Shown here: piece by piece, positions 34,614 to 45,039 of the stretch
Position numbering within the stretch: position 1 is the stretch's first letter
Layout: each line of letters starts with the position of its first letter
NCBI GenBank assembly: GCA_031379885.1
Contig: JANNFN010000181.1
Location: forward strand, 1,605 to 65,604
DNA length: 64,000 bases
Direction of reading: 5' to 3'
DNA from: Methylotenera sp.
Lineage (GTDB): Bacteria > Pseudomonadota > Gammaproteobacteria > Burkholderiales > Methylophilaceae
Notes under the pieces: generated by a model
Database searches by the model: none
Told to the model about the DNA's origin: nothing
Seen by the model: the letters and a program-made list of their open reading frames with translations, nothing else
Program-made: the position numbers and the translations under genes

Positions 34614-36586
34614 TGTGGAAGACGGTAGCGTTGCTCACTATAAAGCAAAGCTGGTAAAAGTGAATTTGCAAGCGAGCGTTGCTCAAGTTGTTTAGCATTT
34701 TCTGGAGGTGCGGCTTCGTTGAGATGCTTATTTTTCTGGTCATAAATGCCAAAAGCTGCAGGTTTACCTTCTCGCAAAATAACGACATTATTGCTGTTAG
34801 CTGTTTGTTCCATCCACGCAAAATTAGCGTTATATTGCATCATGGCTCGACCATAATAATCTGCAGGTTCGTTCGATAAGTCACGCCCCGTCATTGGGTG
34901 CTGCGCACTAATGCCCATTAGCGATAACAGCGTAACGGGCAAATCAATTTGGCTCACAATTGTGGTTAATTTTCTAGGCTTGATATCTGCGCCTAAAATG
35001 AGGCCAGGAATATGAAAATGTTCAATTGGCACTAGGCTATCACCACGTACTCGAATATCATGATCGGCCACAATTAAGAATAGGGTGTCTTTCCAATAAG
35101 GACTTTTTTGCGCCTTTTCAAAAAACTTGCCAATGGCATAATCGGCATATTTTACCGCGTTGTTATCAGTCGCTTTGGGTTGCTCATAAAGATCAATACG
35201 TCCATCGGGAAACTCAAATGGTGCATGATTAGATGAAGAAAAAGCTAATGTAAAAAATGGTTTACCGCTGGCATGATGTTTCAACAGTTGTTCATGAGTT
35301 TTGTTGAGTAAGTCTTCATCTGATGCGCCCCAGCTACCAACAAATATTGGGTTTTTAAAATCTTTTTCATCGGTAATTTGATTGAAGCCATTACCTAGAA
35401 AAAATCCACGCATATTGTCAAAATGTGACTCTCCTCCGTAAATAAATTCGGAGTTATAGCCTCGTTTAGATAGCAAAGCAGCAAGGGTAAAAAAGTTTTT
35501 TTGACTTAATGAAAGCTTAACCGTACTTTCAGAAGGTGTGGGTTGAAAACCTGCAGTTACAGCCTCTATGCCACGCACTGAGCGTGTTCCAGTTGCATAG
35601 AGTTGCTCTAGCCAAATACCTTGTTCTTTGAGTTTTTCTAAGTTGGGTGTTACAGGAACGCCACCAAGAGATTCTACAAAAGTTGCGCCTAAACTTTCCT
35701 GCAGAATAATCACTAAATTAAGTGGCTTGTCGCGTTTGGCGCTAGGGATAAGCGTTTTAAGTGTAGGAATGTCGGTGTCTTTTGCACCTGTGAGCTTAAA
35801 TATTTCAGCTCTATCCATTTTGCCGTAAATTTGGCTTGATTTGCTTTCGTGCTGCAGCTCATAAATGGCGTAAAAAACTGAATAGCTAGAATTAAGTACC
35901 AGACTATTCACCATGCTATCCTGCGTGAGGGCAAATAAGGCAGGGTTCGCTGGCCTGTGACCAGTAGTAGAGCGAATACCGAAAGCAATTAGCACTAAAA
36001 TTAGCGGCCAAATAAGGCTTAATTTTTTGTTAGACCAAGTGGGTGAACTCATTAGCCATGGTTGCATAAACTGGCGCATTGTCCAAATAGCCAATAGTGT
36101 AAAGCCGATGCTGGCAAAAATATCGACCTTAAAGCCGCGCCAAAGCATTCCCAATACCTCATTGGGATATTTTAAATACTCTATAAAAATGCGATTGGGT
36201 CTTACATCATATTCGGCTATAAAGCCAGGCGTGGCCGCCTCTAAAAACACCAGTAATACAATTGCCGAAATAACCCAAATGTAAGTGAACTTTCTCCATG
36301 CATTAAAAAAGTGCTTAGTAGCTAAAATTGGCGCTAACAACACTGGGATGATGCTGAGTAAACAGAGTTGAATAATATCGACGCGAATGCCTTGTAACAA
36401 AATTTCTGCTAATTTCCCTGTGGCGTTCACACGGTCTAGTTTCCATAACACTAGCCCTAGTCGTGAGGCCGAGAGTATAACTAAGCCTAGAAAAATCATG
36501 GCAACCAATGGCGCGTAGGGGCCAAATTTTTTGCTCACCTGCCAAAAAGTTTGGTGCCATTTTTTAAATAGACTTGAAAAAAGCAT
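34610..36586 (-). CDS. LTA-synthase-family membrane sulfatase/phosphotransferase
   Basis: 5 N-terminal TMs; ILQES, GTRSVRG (catalytic Thr), SNHAPF and VADH motifs. Confidence 0.9.
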   Translation of the reverse strand: MLFSSLFKKWHQTFWQVSKKFGPYAPLVAMIFLGLVILSASRLGLVLWKLDRVNATGKLAEILLQGIRVDIIQLCLLSIIPVLLAPILATKHFFNAWRKFTYIWVISAIVLLVFLEAATPGFIAEYDVRPNRIFIEYLKYPNEVLGMLWRGFKVDIFASIGFTLLAIWTMRQFMQPWLMSSPTWSNKKLSLIWPLILVLIAFGIRSTTGHRPANPALFALTQDSMVNSLVLNSSYSVFYAIYELQHESKSSQIYGKMDRAEIFKLTGAKDTDIPTLKTLIPSAKRDKPLNLVIILQESLGATFVESLGGVPVTPNLEKLKEQGIWLEQLYATGTRSVRGIEAVTAGFQPTPSESTVKLSLSQKNFFTLAALLSKRGYNSEFIYGGESHFDNMRGFFLGNGFNQITDEKDFKNPIFVGSWGASDEDLLNKTHEQLLKHHASGKPFFTLAFSSSNHAPFEFPDGRIDLYEQPKATDNNAVKYADYAIGKFFEKAQKSPYWKDTLFLIVADHDIRVRGDSLVPIEHFHIPGLILGADIKPRKLTTIVSQIDLPVTLLSLMGISAQHPMTGRDLSNEPADYYGRAMMQYNANFAWMEQTANSNNVVILREGKPAAFGIYDQKNKHLNEAAPPENAKQLEQRSLANSLLPALLYSEQRYRLPQ

Positions 36587-36644
36587 GAAGTAATGACTTT
36601 AGAAAACAAAACGCTATTATAAAGGTAACGAGCTAGCTTTTGGC

Positions 36645-37829
36645 CTAGTTTTGTTTGAGTCGCTTCGCTGCCAAAATAACGATAGAGATTAAAATAATGT
36701 TTCCAAAAACAAAAGCAGTGGTAATAGCAGGCACATTATTTTTTTCCATTAAAACATAAAGCCCGACTAAAACCATCATACAAAAGTTTTCAAAAAAGTT
36801 TTGCACCGCTACTGCATTGCCAGCACCTACAGTTTCGTGCCCACGTTCTTGTAATAGTGCGTTAAGCGGAACAACGTAAAAGCCACCAGCCATACCAATC
36901 AATACCAGCAAGGCAGTAGCGATGTATAAATTGGCGGTATGGGCGAAGAGCATAATGAATACTCCGATTAACAGCCCAGCAGGTAGTACGCGATTGATGT
37001 TTTTGAGGGTAATAAATTTTGCGGCTAGCACGGCACCAACGGCGATACCGATTGCGAGTGTACCGCTTAGGTTGGCAGGCATGCTTATGTCTGAAATGCT
37101 TAAGGCAACTGGCACCCAAGCAACTAATAGCAAACGTAAGGTCGAACCTGTACCCCAAAATATGCTGGAACCAATGAGTGAAAAACGTGCATCTTTGTTT
37201 AACGATAAAACTTTAAGCGCGTCAAAAAATTCTTTGGCGAGTTTGATAGGTTGTAGTTTTGTATCTGGCCTTGCCACGGCTAGGCGTGGGATGAAGGTGT
37301 TGGCAATAGCTGCTAAAAAGTAACATCCGCAAACGGCCAATAAAGCGATTTGTACAGAGATGCTTGCCAGTTTTCCGCCCAATATAGCCCCAATCAATAT
37401 TGCCACAATTGTCGAGCCTTCAATCAAGCTATTGGCTTTTACTAACTTATCCACGCTAACCAATTCACTTAAAATTCCATATTTAGCTGGTGAATAAGCT
37501 GCAGCTCCTATTCCAACTAAGCCATAAGCGATGAGTGGATTGAGCCCCATCAGCATGGTGATTGCACCAAGTAATTTAATGCTGTTAGCAATTAACATCA
37601 CGCGACCTTTAGGAAAACCATCCGCAAATGGCCCAACAAAAGGTGCAAGTAAAATAAATGCCAGCACAAAAAATTCTTGTAGCATGGGGATTTGCCAATC
37701 AGCTGCTTGTTGCGATTTTAACAACGCAATCGCGGCAAAAAGTAATGCGTTATCGGCCAATGCTGATATGAACTGAGCGATTGATACTGCAAGCATGCCG
37801 CGCGAAAGTAGGTTTTGCTTATTGTGCAA
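36645..37829 (-). CDS. lplT: lysophospholipid transporter
   Basis: AQFISALADNALLF, PAKYGIL and VPLNALLQERG motifs. Confidence 0.92.
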   Translation of the reverse strand: MHNKQNLLSRGMLAVSIAQFISALADNALLFAAIALLKSQQAADWQIPMLQEFFVLAFILLAPFVGPFADGFPKGRVMLIANSIKLLGAITMLMGLNPLIAYGLVGIGAAAYSPAKYGILSELVSVDKLVKANSLIEGSTIVAILIGAILGGKLASISVQIALLAVCGCYFLAAIANTFIPRLAVARPDTKLQPIKLAKEFFDALKVLSLNKDARFSLIGSSIFWGTGSTLRLLLVAWVPVALSISDISMPANLSGTLAIGIAVGAVLAAKFITLKNINRVLPAGLLIGVFIMLFAHTANLYIATALLVLIGMAGGFYVVPLNALLQERGHETVGAGNAVAVQNFFENFCMMVLVGLYVLMEKNNVPAITTAFVFGNIILISIVILAAKRLKQN

Positions 37830-38652
37830 TCGGCGCTCTATCTTGTGCTAAATGGCGTCGCATCCAGTTGTTGCGATAGACAAACAAATTGTCATCCACA
37901 TGACCCACATTGGGCACCCATTCAATATCTGTGTTTATATTAGCTTTGTTAAAAAGTGCTTTTGCGCGACTAGGTCGAATCAATGTATCGTTTAAGCCAT
38001 GCATCATGTGAACATGACCTTTTATTTTTTTTATCCATTGGTAGGCGGGTAACGGGTAACGCATGATAAAGCTTACGGGTAAGAGATTTGAAATATTCTC
38101 TTTTGCAACATTGAGTAAACTGTCATAAGCAGCGACTAGGTACACATCATGTTGCGGGTGCTGGCTAGCAGTATAAATGGCAAGCCCAGACCCAATTGAG
38201 TAGCCAAAAATAACGATTTTTTCAGGGCTCTCTTTTTTGCTAAGCCACAGGTAGGCAGCTTCAGAGTCAGCTAATAAATCAGTTTGGCTAAATAGACATG
38301 AGCTAGAACGTCCATAGCTTGGGTAATCCCAGGTCATTAGGTTGTAACCTAAATTGTGAAAGGCATAAGCATAGTCATTTATACTGGCAATACTTTCGCC
38401 ATTGCCATGGAACATCATAATGGTACCTTTGGCTTGTTTAATCTTCCAAATTACTACGTGAATTTTGCCACAACTGCTGTCCACAAGGCCTTCTAAAGCG
38501 CTATCCCCTGCAGTGGGCTGCCAATTTAAAGGTACAGCTTGAGTTAAATAGGAAGGAAATAGCATACGAGTTTGTAAAAAATATAATGCTAGACAGCCAA
38601 TGCAATAAATTATTAGTGCTAAAAATGCAAATTTTTTAATGGGTAACAGCAA
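37819..38652 (-). CDS. membrane-anchored alpha/beta hydrolase
   Basis: FHGNGE, DYPSYG.S, GYSIG nucleophile motif, HG..D and H. Confidence 0.85.
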   Translation of the reverse strand: MLLPIKKFAFLALIIYCIGCLALYFLQTRMLFPSYLTQAVPLNWQPTAGDSALEGLVDSSCGKIHVVIWKIKQAKGTIMMFHGNGESIASINDYAYAFHNLGYNLMTWDYPSYGRSSSCLFSQTDLLADSEAAYLWLSKKESPEKIVIFGYSIGSGLAIYTASQHPQHDVYLVAAYDSLLNVAKENISNLLPVSFIMRYPLPAYQWIKKIKGHVHMMHGLNDTLIRPSRAKALFNKANINTDIEWVPNVGHVDDNLFVYRNNWMRRHLAQDRAPIAQ

Positions 38653-38655
38653 ATT

Positions 38656-40788
38656 TTAGGCCGCTTCGGCCATTTGCTTCAAGGTAACATAATCTGTTTT
38701 CCCTGAGCCTAATAGCGGAATTTCTTCAATGACAATAATTTTTCTGGCCACTGCAAGTTCTGGAAGGCCGAGGTTTTTAGCAACAATTTGTAGATCTTCC
38801 CGCTTAAGTTTTTTATCGCAGGTGAATAAAATAATACTTTCACCACGTTGCGCATTGCTAATGGAGCTAGCAGCATGCAGGTGATCTGGGGCAGCTGTGT
38901 TGGCAATATGCTCTACTACTTCTAGTGACACCATTTCGCCAGCCACTTTAGCGAAGCGTTTTACCCGACCTTTAATGTGAATATAGTTTTGCGCATCAAC
39001 TTCAACAATATCACCCGTGTTGTACCAACCTTCTATTGGTGGATTTAGTTTGCCAGGGTTATCAAATAGAAAGTAGCCAAGCATCACGTTTTCACCGCGG
39101 ACATGCAATAAGCCGCCATTTGTAATGCCAGGAACTGCTTCCAGTTTGTGTTCCATGCCCGATACTAATTGGCCTACGCTTCCAATTAAATTGGCTGTAG
39201 GCGAGTTGATGGCAACCGCAGGTGCGCACTCAGTGGTGCCGTAGCCCTCTAAAATTTGGATACCAAATTTATCGGAATAGATTTTGCGCACTTCATCATT
39301 CAATTTTTCGGCGCCAGCAACAACGATTCTGAGCTTATTAAAATCGTGCGGATGCGCAAATTTGGCGTAATTTCCTAAGAAAGTGCTAGTAGCAAAAAAC
39401 ACGGTGCAGCCTTTGTTATAGATGAGTTCAGGAATTACTTTATATTGCAGTGGCGAAGGGAATATATTGATTTTTATGCCATTCAGTATTGGTACGAGCG
39501 ATCCAGTAAATCCAAAGGAGTGAAAGACGGGTAATACCATCATGAATTTATCTGTGGAATTAAAATCAATAACCGACATAATTTGCGCTACATTGGCCAA
39601 AATACTTTTATGTGAATGCACCACGCCTTTGGGTTTGCCTTCCGAGCCAGAAGTAAACAACACCACCGCTGGTTGTTCAGGCGAATTTGTTTCCATCGCT
39701 AAGCGCGGATAGTGCAAGGCATAGCCCATCAGCCAAGCGCGATCCAGCATACCAAATTGAGCACGTAAATCTTCCAAGTAAACAACGTTAAGATTTTGTA
39801 AACTGGCAACTACATTTTCAAGTTCTGCGGCTTCTATAAATTTGTGTGATGTGATAATGGTTTTTATATTGGCGGCGATACAGGCATTTTGCATGCCTGC
39901 CGTACCAGAGGTGTAATTAAGCATGGCTGGTACACGGTTAAATGCACTCATACCCAAAATAAGCGCTAGTGTATTGGTAATGTTGGGCATCAACACGCCA
40001 ACTACTTCGTTTTGGAGGCTGACTTTAGAGGCTATTCGACCTAACGCAAGGCTCTTTTTTAACAAGTCGTGATAGGTTTCTTCGACTTCGTTCATATCCT
40101 CAATGAGTTTATAGTCGCCACCATATTTATCCACTGCATCTAAAAAAGCTTCGAATAGGGTGCGACTTTTTTGTGCTTGAAACAACATTTTTTGCATGAC
40201 ACTGCGCATGCCTTCGCCAGCGATACGGCGGCGTTGCTTGCCAGTAGGAAAGCTACGATTCGTCGCTTTTGGCATCACAATATTAGTGGTGGGTAATACA
40301 GTAAGCGTGACTCGTGGAAATAAGCGCTTAAGCTGGTGACGCGATATGCGTCCAAAATATGACTCTCCTGCACCATCAATACGCACAGGTAAAACAGTTG
40401 CACCTGTCTTGCCCGCAATAAACCCAGGGCCGTCATACACTTTTTGTATTTCTCCCGTTGCGGTGGCGCGCCCTTCTGGGAAAACCACGACATTTTCGCC
40501 AGATTCAAGCAATTTAATCACTTTTTTCATGGCGATTGGATTAGCAGTATCTACTTCTACATGGCGCGTTAAACGTAAAGCTTGCCTAAATGACCATTTT
40601 TTAAGGGTAGAAGTGTGTACAACAAAGGTGGCTTTTTTAGGTAAAAATATGCAGAGCAATAAACCATCTAAAAATGATTCGTGATTGGCGACAATCAATA
40701 GCCCGTCTTCGGCAGGTACGTTTTCTAAGCCGCGCACTTCAACGCGAAATAGTATTTTACTAATAAAACGTAGGATGCTTGTGAACAT
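38656..40788 (-). CDS. aas: bifunctional 2-acyl-GPE acyltransferase / acyl-ACP synthetase
   Basis: PlsC motifs NHESFLD and FPEGR; AMP-binding FTSGSEGKPKG and GYGTTE. Confidence 0.93.
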   Translation of the reverse strand: MFTSILRFISKILFRVEVRGLENVPAEDGLLIVANHESFLDGLLLCIFLPKKATFVVHTSTLKKWSFRQALRLTRHVEVDTANPIAMKKVIKLLESGENVVVFPEGRATATGEIQKVYDGPGFIAGKTGATVLPVRIDGAGESYFGRISRHQLKRLFPRVTLTVLPTTNIVMPKATNRSFPTGKQRRRIAGEGMRSVMQKMLFQAQKSRTLFEAFLDAVDKYGGDYKLIEDMNEVEETYHDLLKKSLALGRIASKVSLQNEVVGVLMPNITNTLALILGMSAFNRVPAMLNYTSGTAGMQNACIAANIKTIITSHKFIEAAELENVVASLQNLNVVYLEDLRAQFGMLDRAWLMGYALHYPRLAMETNSPEQPAVVLFTSGSEGKPKGVVHSHKSILANVAQIMSVIDFNSTDKFMMVLPVFHSFGFTGSLVPILNGIKINIFPSPLQYKVIPELIYNKGCTVFFATSTFLGNYAKFAHPHDFNKLRIVVAGAEKLNDEVRKIYSDKFGIQILEGYGTTECAPAVAINSPTANLIGSVGQLVSGMEHKLEAVPGITNGGLLHVRGENVMLGYFLFDNPGKLNPPIEGWYNTGDIVEVDAQNYIHIKGRVKRFAKVAGEMVSLEVVEHIANTAAPDHLHAASSISNAQRGESIILFTCDKKLKREDLQIVAKNLGLPELAVARKIIVIEEIPLLGSGKTDYVTLKQMAEAA

Positions 40789-41008
40789 AGTTACTCCCCT
40801 AGATTTCGTTTTTATTTAGATATTATTTTTTATATTATTGTTCATATTTTATATATGCTAATAGTACACGCTGACACTGCTCGCCGCCTAGAGTAACGAT
40901 AAAATCAATGATATTTGTCCGTTCGTTAGGAGTGCTATTTATATAATTTTACGCCTTGTGAGGTAATATCCATGCGGCTTAAAGGACATATAAAATCACG
41001 CTACAAAT

Positions 41009-41037
41009 AAAAACGGACGCCAAAGCGTCCGTTTTTA
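41009..41037. terminator. terminator after amtB
   Basis: AAAAACGGACGCCAAAGCGTCCGTTTTT. Confidence 0.8.
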
Positions 41038-41055
41038 TTACTGCTAACTTACTGA

Positions 41056-42582
41056 TTACATATGATAAGCACGTTCGCCATGCTCTGTAGTATCTAAACC
41101 TTCGCGTTCAACTTCTTCACTTACGCGTAGACCAATTAATACATCTACAATTTTGTAAGCAAGGAAAGCCACAACGCCAGACCATACTAGTGTTGTACCT
41201 ACACCCCACGCTTGAGCAGTCATTTGCGCAGCCATATCATAAGGTGCAACCGCGTTTGCAACATAGTCGTAAACACCTGTTCCACCTAGAGCTGGATTCA
41301 CTAAAATACCCGTACTTAGCGCACCAAAAATACCACCAATGCAGTGCACACCAAATACGTCTAGTGAGTCATCGTAACCGATCATAGACTTAACTTTGGT
41401 TACAAAAGTGAAGCAAAGTGGCGAAACAAGCAAGCCTAGTACGATAGCACCCATAGGGCCGATGTAACCACAAGCCGGTGTAACAGCAACTAAACCAGCA
41501 ATGGCACCAGAAGCTGCACCTAACATGGAAGGCTTACCTTTGAAGAACCATTCAGTAAACATCCAAGCTGTGGCAGCAGCACAAGTTGCAAGTAAAGTAT
41601 TCGCGAATACCAAAGCTGCAAAACCAGTCGCTTCAAGGTTAGAACCTACGTTAAAACCAAACCAACCCACCCATAGTAAAGCAGCACCAACCATTGTAAG
41701 CGTTACGCTGTGTGGTGCCATTGCTTCTTTACCAAAGCCTATACGTTTGCCTAATACTAATGCACCTACTAAGCCCGCAATACCTGCATTAATATGCACT
41801 ACAGTGCCACCAGCAAAGTCTAATGCACCTTTTTGCCAAATGAAACCGGCTGTTGCAGAAGCGGCTGTTGCAGCATCAGCAGTAGTATAAGCATCTGGAC
41901 CTGCCCAGTACCAAACCATATGTGCGATTGGCAAATATGAAAACGTAAACCATAAAATCATAAAAAACAGAATGGCAGAAAATTTCATACGCTCGGCAAA
42001 AGCACCCACAATCAAAGCAGGAGTAATCACCGCAAAGGTAAGTTGGAAGCACATATAAATATATTCAGGGATGACAACGCCCTTGCTGAAAGTAGCAACA
42101 TTTGAATCAGGCGTAATTCCGCTTAAAAATGCACGACCAAATCCACCAAAAAACGCATTACCTTCGGTAAAGGCAATGCTGTAGCCATACAGCGCCCATA
42201 AAACCCCTAATACGCAGGTGATCATAAATGTTTGCATTAATATAGAGAGCATATTTTTTTGACGTGCCATACCACCATAAAATAAACCCAAGCCCGGTAC
42301 ACACATCATTAACACCAGTACTGTAGCAACGATCATCCAAGCGGTATCACCCTTATTTGGAACAGGCGCTGGAGCTGCGGCTGCCTCAGCAGGTGTAGCT
42401 TCTGCTGGCGCTGCGGTGGTAACAGCATCATCTACTGCCGTCGCTGCTTCTGCAACTGCTTCAACTGTCGCAGTTGCTGCTTCAGTAGTCGCGGTTGCCA
42501 TATCATCAGCAAAACTTAAATTACTAGTAAACCCAAAACCAACTAGGGCAACTAACGATAATACAGATAAAAATTTCTTCAT
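41056..42582 (-). CDS. amtB: ammonium transporter
   Basis: DFAGGTVVH, WFGFN and DDSLDVFGVH motifs. Confidence 0.97.
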   Translation of the reverse strand: MKKFLSVLSLVALVGFGFTSNLSFADDMATATTEAATATVEAVAEAATAVDDAVTTAAPAEATPAEAAAAPAPVPNKGDTAWMIVATVLVLMMCVPGLGLFYGGMARQKNMLSILMQTFMITCVLGVLWALYGYSIAFTEGNAFFGGFGRAFLSGITPDSNVATFSKGVVIPEYIYMCFQLTFAVITPALIVGAFAERMKFSAILFFMILWFTFSYLPIAHMVWYWAGPDAYTTADAATAASATAGFIWQKGALDFAGGTVVHINAGIAGLVGALVLGKRIGFGKEAMAPHSVTLTMVGAALLWVGWFGFNVGSNLEATGFAALVFANTLLATCAAATAWMFTEWFFKGKPSMLGAASGAIAGLVAVTPACGYIGPMGAIVLGLLVSPLCFTFVTKVKSMIGYDDSLDVFGVHCIGGIFGALSTGILVNPALGGTGVYDYVANAVAPYDMAAQMTAQAWGVGTTLVWSGVVAFLAYKIVDVLIGLRVSEEVEREGLDTTEHGERAYHM

Positions 42583-42593
42583 GTCATTACCCC

Positions 42594-42944
<351 letters not shown>

Positions 42945-42986
42945 TCAGTTTTAACTACAAAATAAACAAATGCCACATTTCACATA

Positions 42987-43002
42987 AGCAAAGCACGTGC
43001 CA
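42987..43002 (-). promoter_or_regulatory. sigma54 promoter of glnK-amtB
   Basis: Minus strand TGGCACGTGCTTTGCT, full consensus; NtrC-like site TGCACTAATTCGGGGCA at 43213-43229. Confidence 0.88.
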
Positions 43003-43120
43003 ACCAAAAATATGTTTATAATCAATAGTATAAATAATATATGAACAATTCTAAATTATAGTTTAGCTGCAAAAATCTGCTAAACTACAATTAAAAATCA
43101 ATAGATATTTAGGAATCGCC

Positions 43121-43363
43121 ATGTTAAATACAGAAAAAATTAATGAAATATCTAATAAAATCAATGAGATGATAAAATTAAGTCCATTGGCAGATGTCGA
43201 AAAAAACATAAATGCACTAATTCGGGGCACATTCACCAAAATGGAGCTTGTTTCGCGCGAAGAGTTTGATGTGCAAGCAGAAGTGTTGCGGAACACGCGT
43301 GAAATGCTTCATTTGTTAGAGGCAAAACTTGCCGCAATTGAAGCTCGGCTTAAGCAAAAGTAA
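43121..43363 (+). CDS. ubiK: ubiquinone biosynthesis accessory factor (BMFP/YqiC family)
   Basis: KMELVSREEFDVQAEVL..TR coiled coil; conserved position between glnK and yifB. Confidence 0.88.
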   Translation: MLNTEKINEISNKINEMIKLSPLADVEKNINALIRGTFTKMELVSREEFDVQAEVLRNTREMLHLLEAKLAAIEARLKQK

Positions 43364-44883
43364 TGAGTTTAGCCGTATTATATAGCCGCGCACTAAGTGG
43401 GATGGATGCACCAGAAGTAGTGGTGGAGGTGCATCTCGCTAATGGGTTGCCTAGCTTTACGATTGTTGGGCTTCCAGAAGCGGAAGTGAAAGAAAGTAAA
43501 GACCGCGTGCGTGCCGCGATACAAACTGCACAGTTTGAGTTCCCAGCGAGGCGCATTACTGTAAACCTAGCCCCTGCCGATTTACCGAAAGAAAGTGGGC
43601 GCTACGATTTGCCCATCGCATTGGGCATTTTGGCGGCAAGTGGCCAGATTCCAAAAGAGTCATTAAAAAATTATGAAATAGCAGGTGAATTGGCGCTGAC
43701 AGGCGAGTTGCGTCCAATCCGCGGTGCGCTGGCGATGACTTATCAAATGGTGCATGCAATTGGTATAGACAATAAACATGCACCAAATAAGCGCGCTTTT
43801 ATTTTGCCGCAATTAAGCGCACAAGAAGCGAGTTTGGTAAAAGATGCCATTATTTATCCCGCAAATTCATTACTTGAGGTTTGTGCGCATTTAAGTGGGC
43901 ATACAGCGCTTAAGCAATTTGAATCAATCACACAAAGCCAGCCCATTCATTACCCAGATTTTAATGAAGTCAAAGGTCAAAGTCAGGCCAAGCGAGCATT
44001 AGAAATAGCCGCGGCTGGTGGCCATAGCGTATTGATGAGTGGCCCACCAGGCACGGGCAAAAGTATGCTTGCCAGCCGCTTTGCGGGCATATTACCCAGT
44101 ATGACTGAAGCTGAAGCGCTAGAATCTGCCGCCATTCTATCATTAAATGGTGCCTATAAATTAGAAAATTGGAAGCGCAGACCTTTTAGAAGCCCGCACC
44201 ACACAGCATCAGGCGTAGCGTTGGTGGGCGGCGGCGGCATTCCTCGCCCTGGTGAAATTAGTTTGGCGCATCATGGCGTATTGTTTTTAGATGAACTGCC
44301 CGAGTTCGATAGAAAAGTGCTAGAAGTCTTGCGTGAGCCATTAGAAAGCGGCCACATCACCATCAGCCGCGCGGCGCGGCAGGCAGATTTCCCCGCATCG
44401 TTTCAGTTGTTCGCTGCTATGAACCCTTGCCCGTGCGGTTATTTAGGGCATTTCAACAACAAGTGCAGATGCACGCCCGATAATGTGGCGCGCTACCGCG
44501 GTAAAATCTCAGGTCCCTTGTTAGACCGAATTGACTTGCTCATTGAAGTGCCAGCCTTAAAAGAAGAGGAAATGACTTCTGCAACATTGGCCGAAAACAG
44601 TACAGTAATTCGAGCACGGGTAGAAAAAGCCCGCGAATTACAGCTAAAACGCCAAGGCAAAGCCAATTTTGCACTAGGTAGCTTGGAGATTGATGAATTT
44701 TGCCAACCTGACGATGTAGGTTTAACGCTACTTAAAACCGCCATTTCACGGCTTAATTTATCTGCGCGCGCTTATCATCGTATTTTAAAAGTCGCCAGAA
44801 CCATCGCCGATTTGGCAGGTGAAGTGGCTATTAAACCCGTGCATATTGCTGAAGCGGTGCAATACAGACGTGGTGAAATTTAA
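43363..44883 (+). CDS. yifB: YifB/ComM Mg-chelatase-like AAA+ ATPase
   Basis: GPPGTGKS, RSPHH, LFLDELPEF and NPCPCG motifs. Confidence 0.92.
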   Translation: MSLAVLYSRALSGMDAPEVVVEVHLANGLPSFTIVGLPEAEVKESKDRVRAAIQTAQFEFPARRITVNLAPADLPKESGRYDLPIALGILAASGQIPKESLKNYEIAGELALTGELRPIRGALAMTYQMVHAIGIDNKHAPNKRAFILPQLSAQEASLVKDAIIYPANSLLEVCAHLSGHTALKQFESITQSQPIHYPDFNEVKGQSQAKRALEIAAAGGHSVLMSGPPGTGKSMLASRFAGILPSMTEAEALESAAILSLNGAYKLENWKRRPFRSPHHTASGVALVGGGGIPRPGEISLAHHGVLFLDELPEFDRKVLEVLREPLESGHITISRAARQADFPASFQLFAAMNPCPCGYLGHFNNKCRCTPDNVARYRGKISGPLLDRIDLLIEVPALKEEEMTSATLAENSTVIRARVEKARELQLKRQGKANFALGSLEIDEFCQPDDVGLTLLKTAISRLNLSARAYHRILKVARTIADLAGEVAIKPVHIAEAVQYRRGEI

Positions 44884-44915
44884 AGATATAAGGCGCTTGA
44901 AACCGAAAAAATATG

Positions 44916-44952
44916 TGCCCTGCGACCCTCATGGGTACTGCCTCTGAGGGCA
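44916..44952. repeat. 37-bp REP-like palindrome, copy 3
   Basis: TGCCCTGCGACCCTCATGGGTACTGCCTCTGAGGGCA, 29/37 identical to 6559-6595. Confidence 0.65.
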
Positions 44953-45039
44953 GGTATATTATGTTAATTCATGTTTAAATTTTTGCTAGTCACCTACATC
45001 GATACCCTGCATTTGCTTTTATTCTTCTATGCTGATGCC

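Noticed and set aside
44900-44960. SAH riboswitch suggested by CTGCGACCC
   Set aside because: Lacks the GAGGAGCG and CAGGCUC blocks, lies 3' of a gene, and is better explained as the 37-bp repeat
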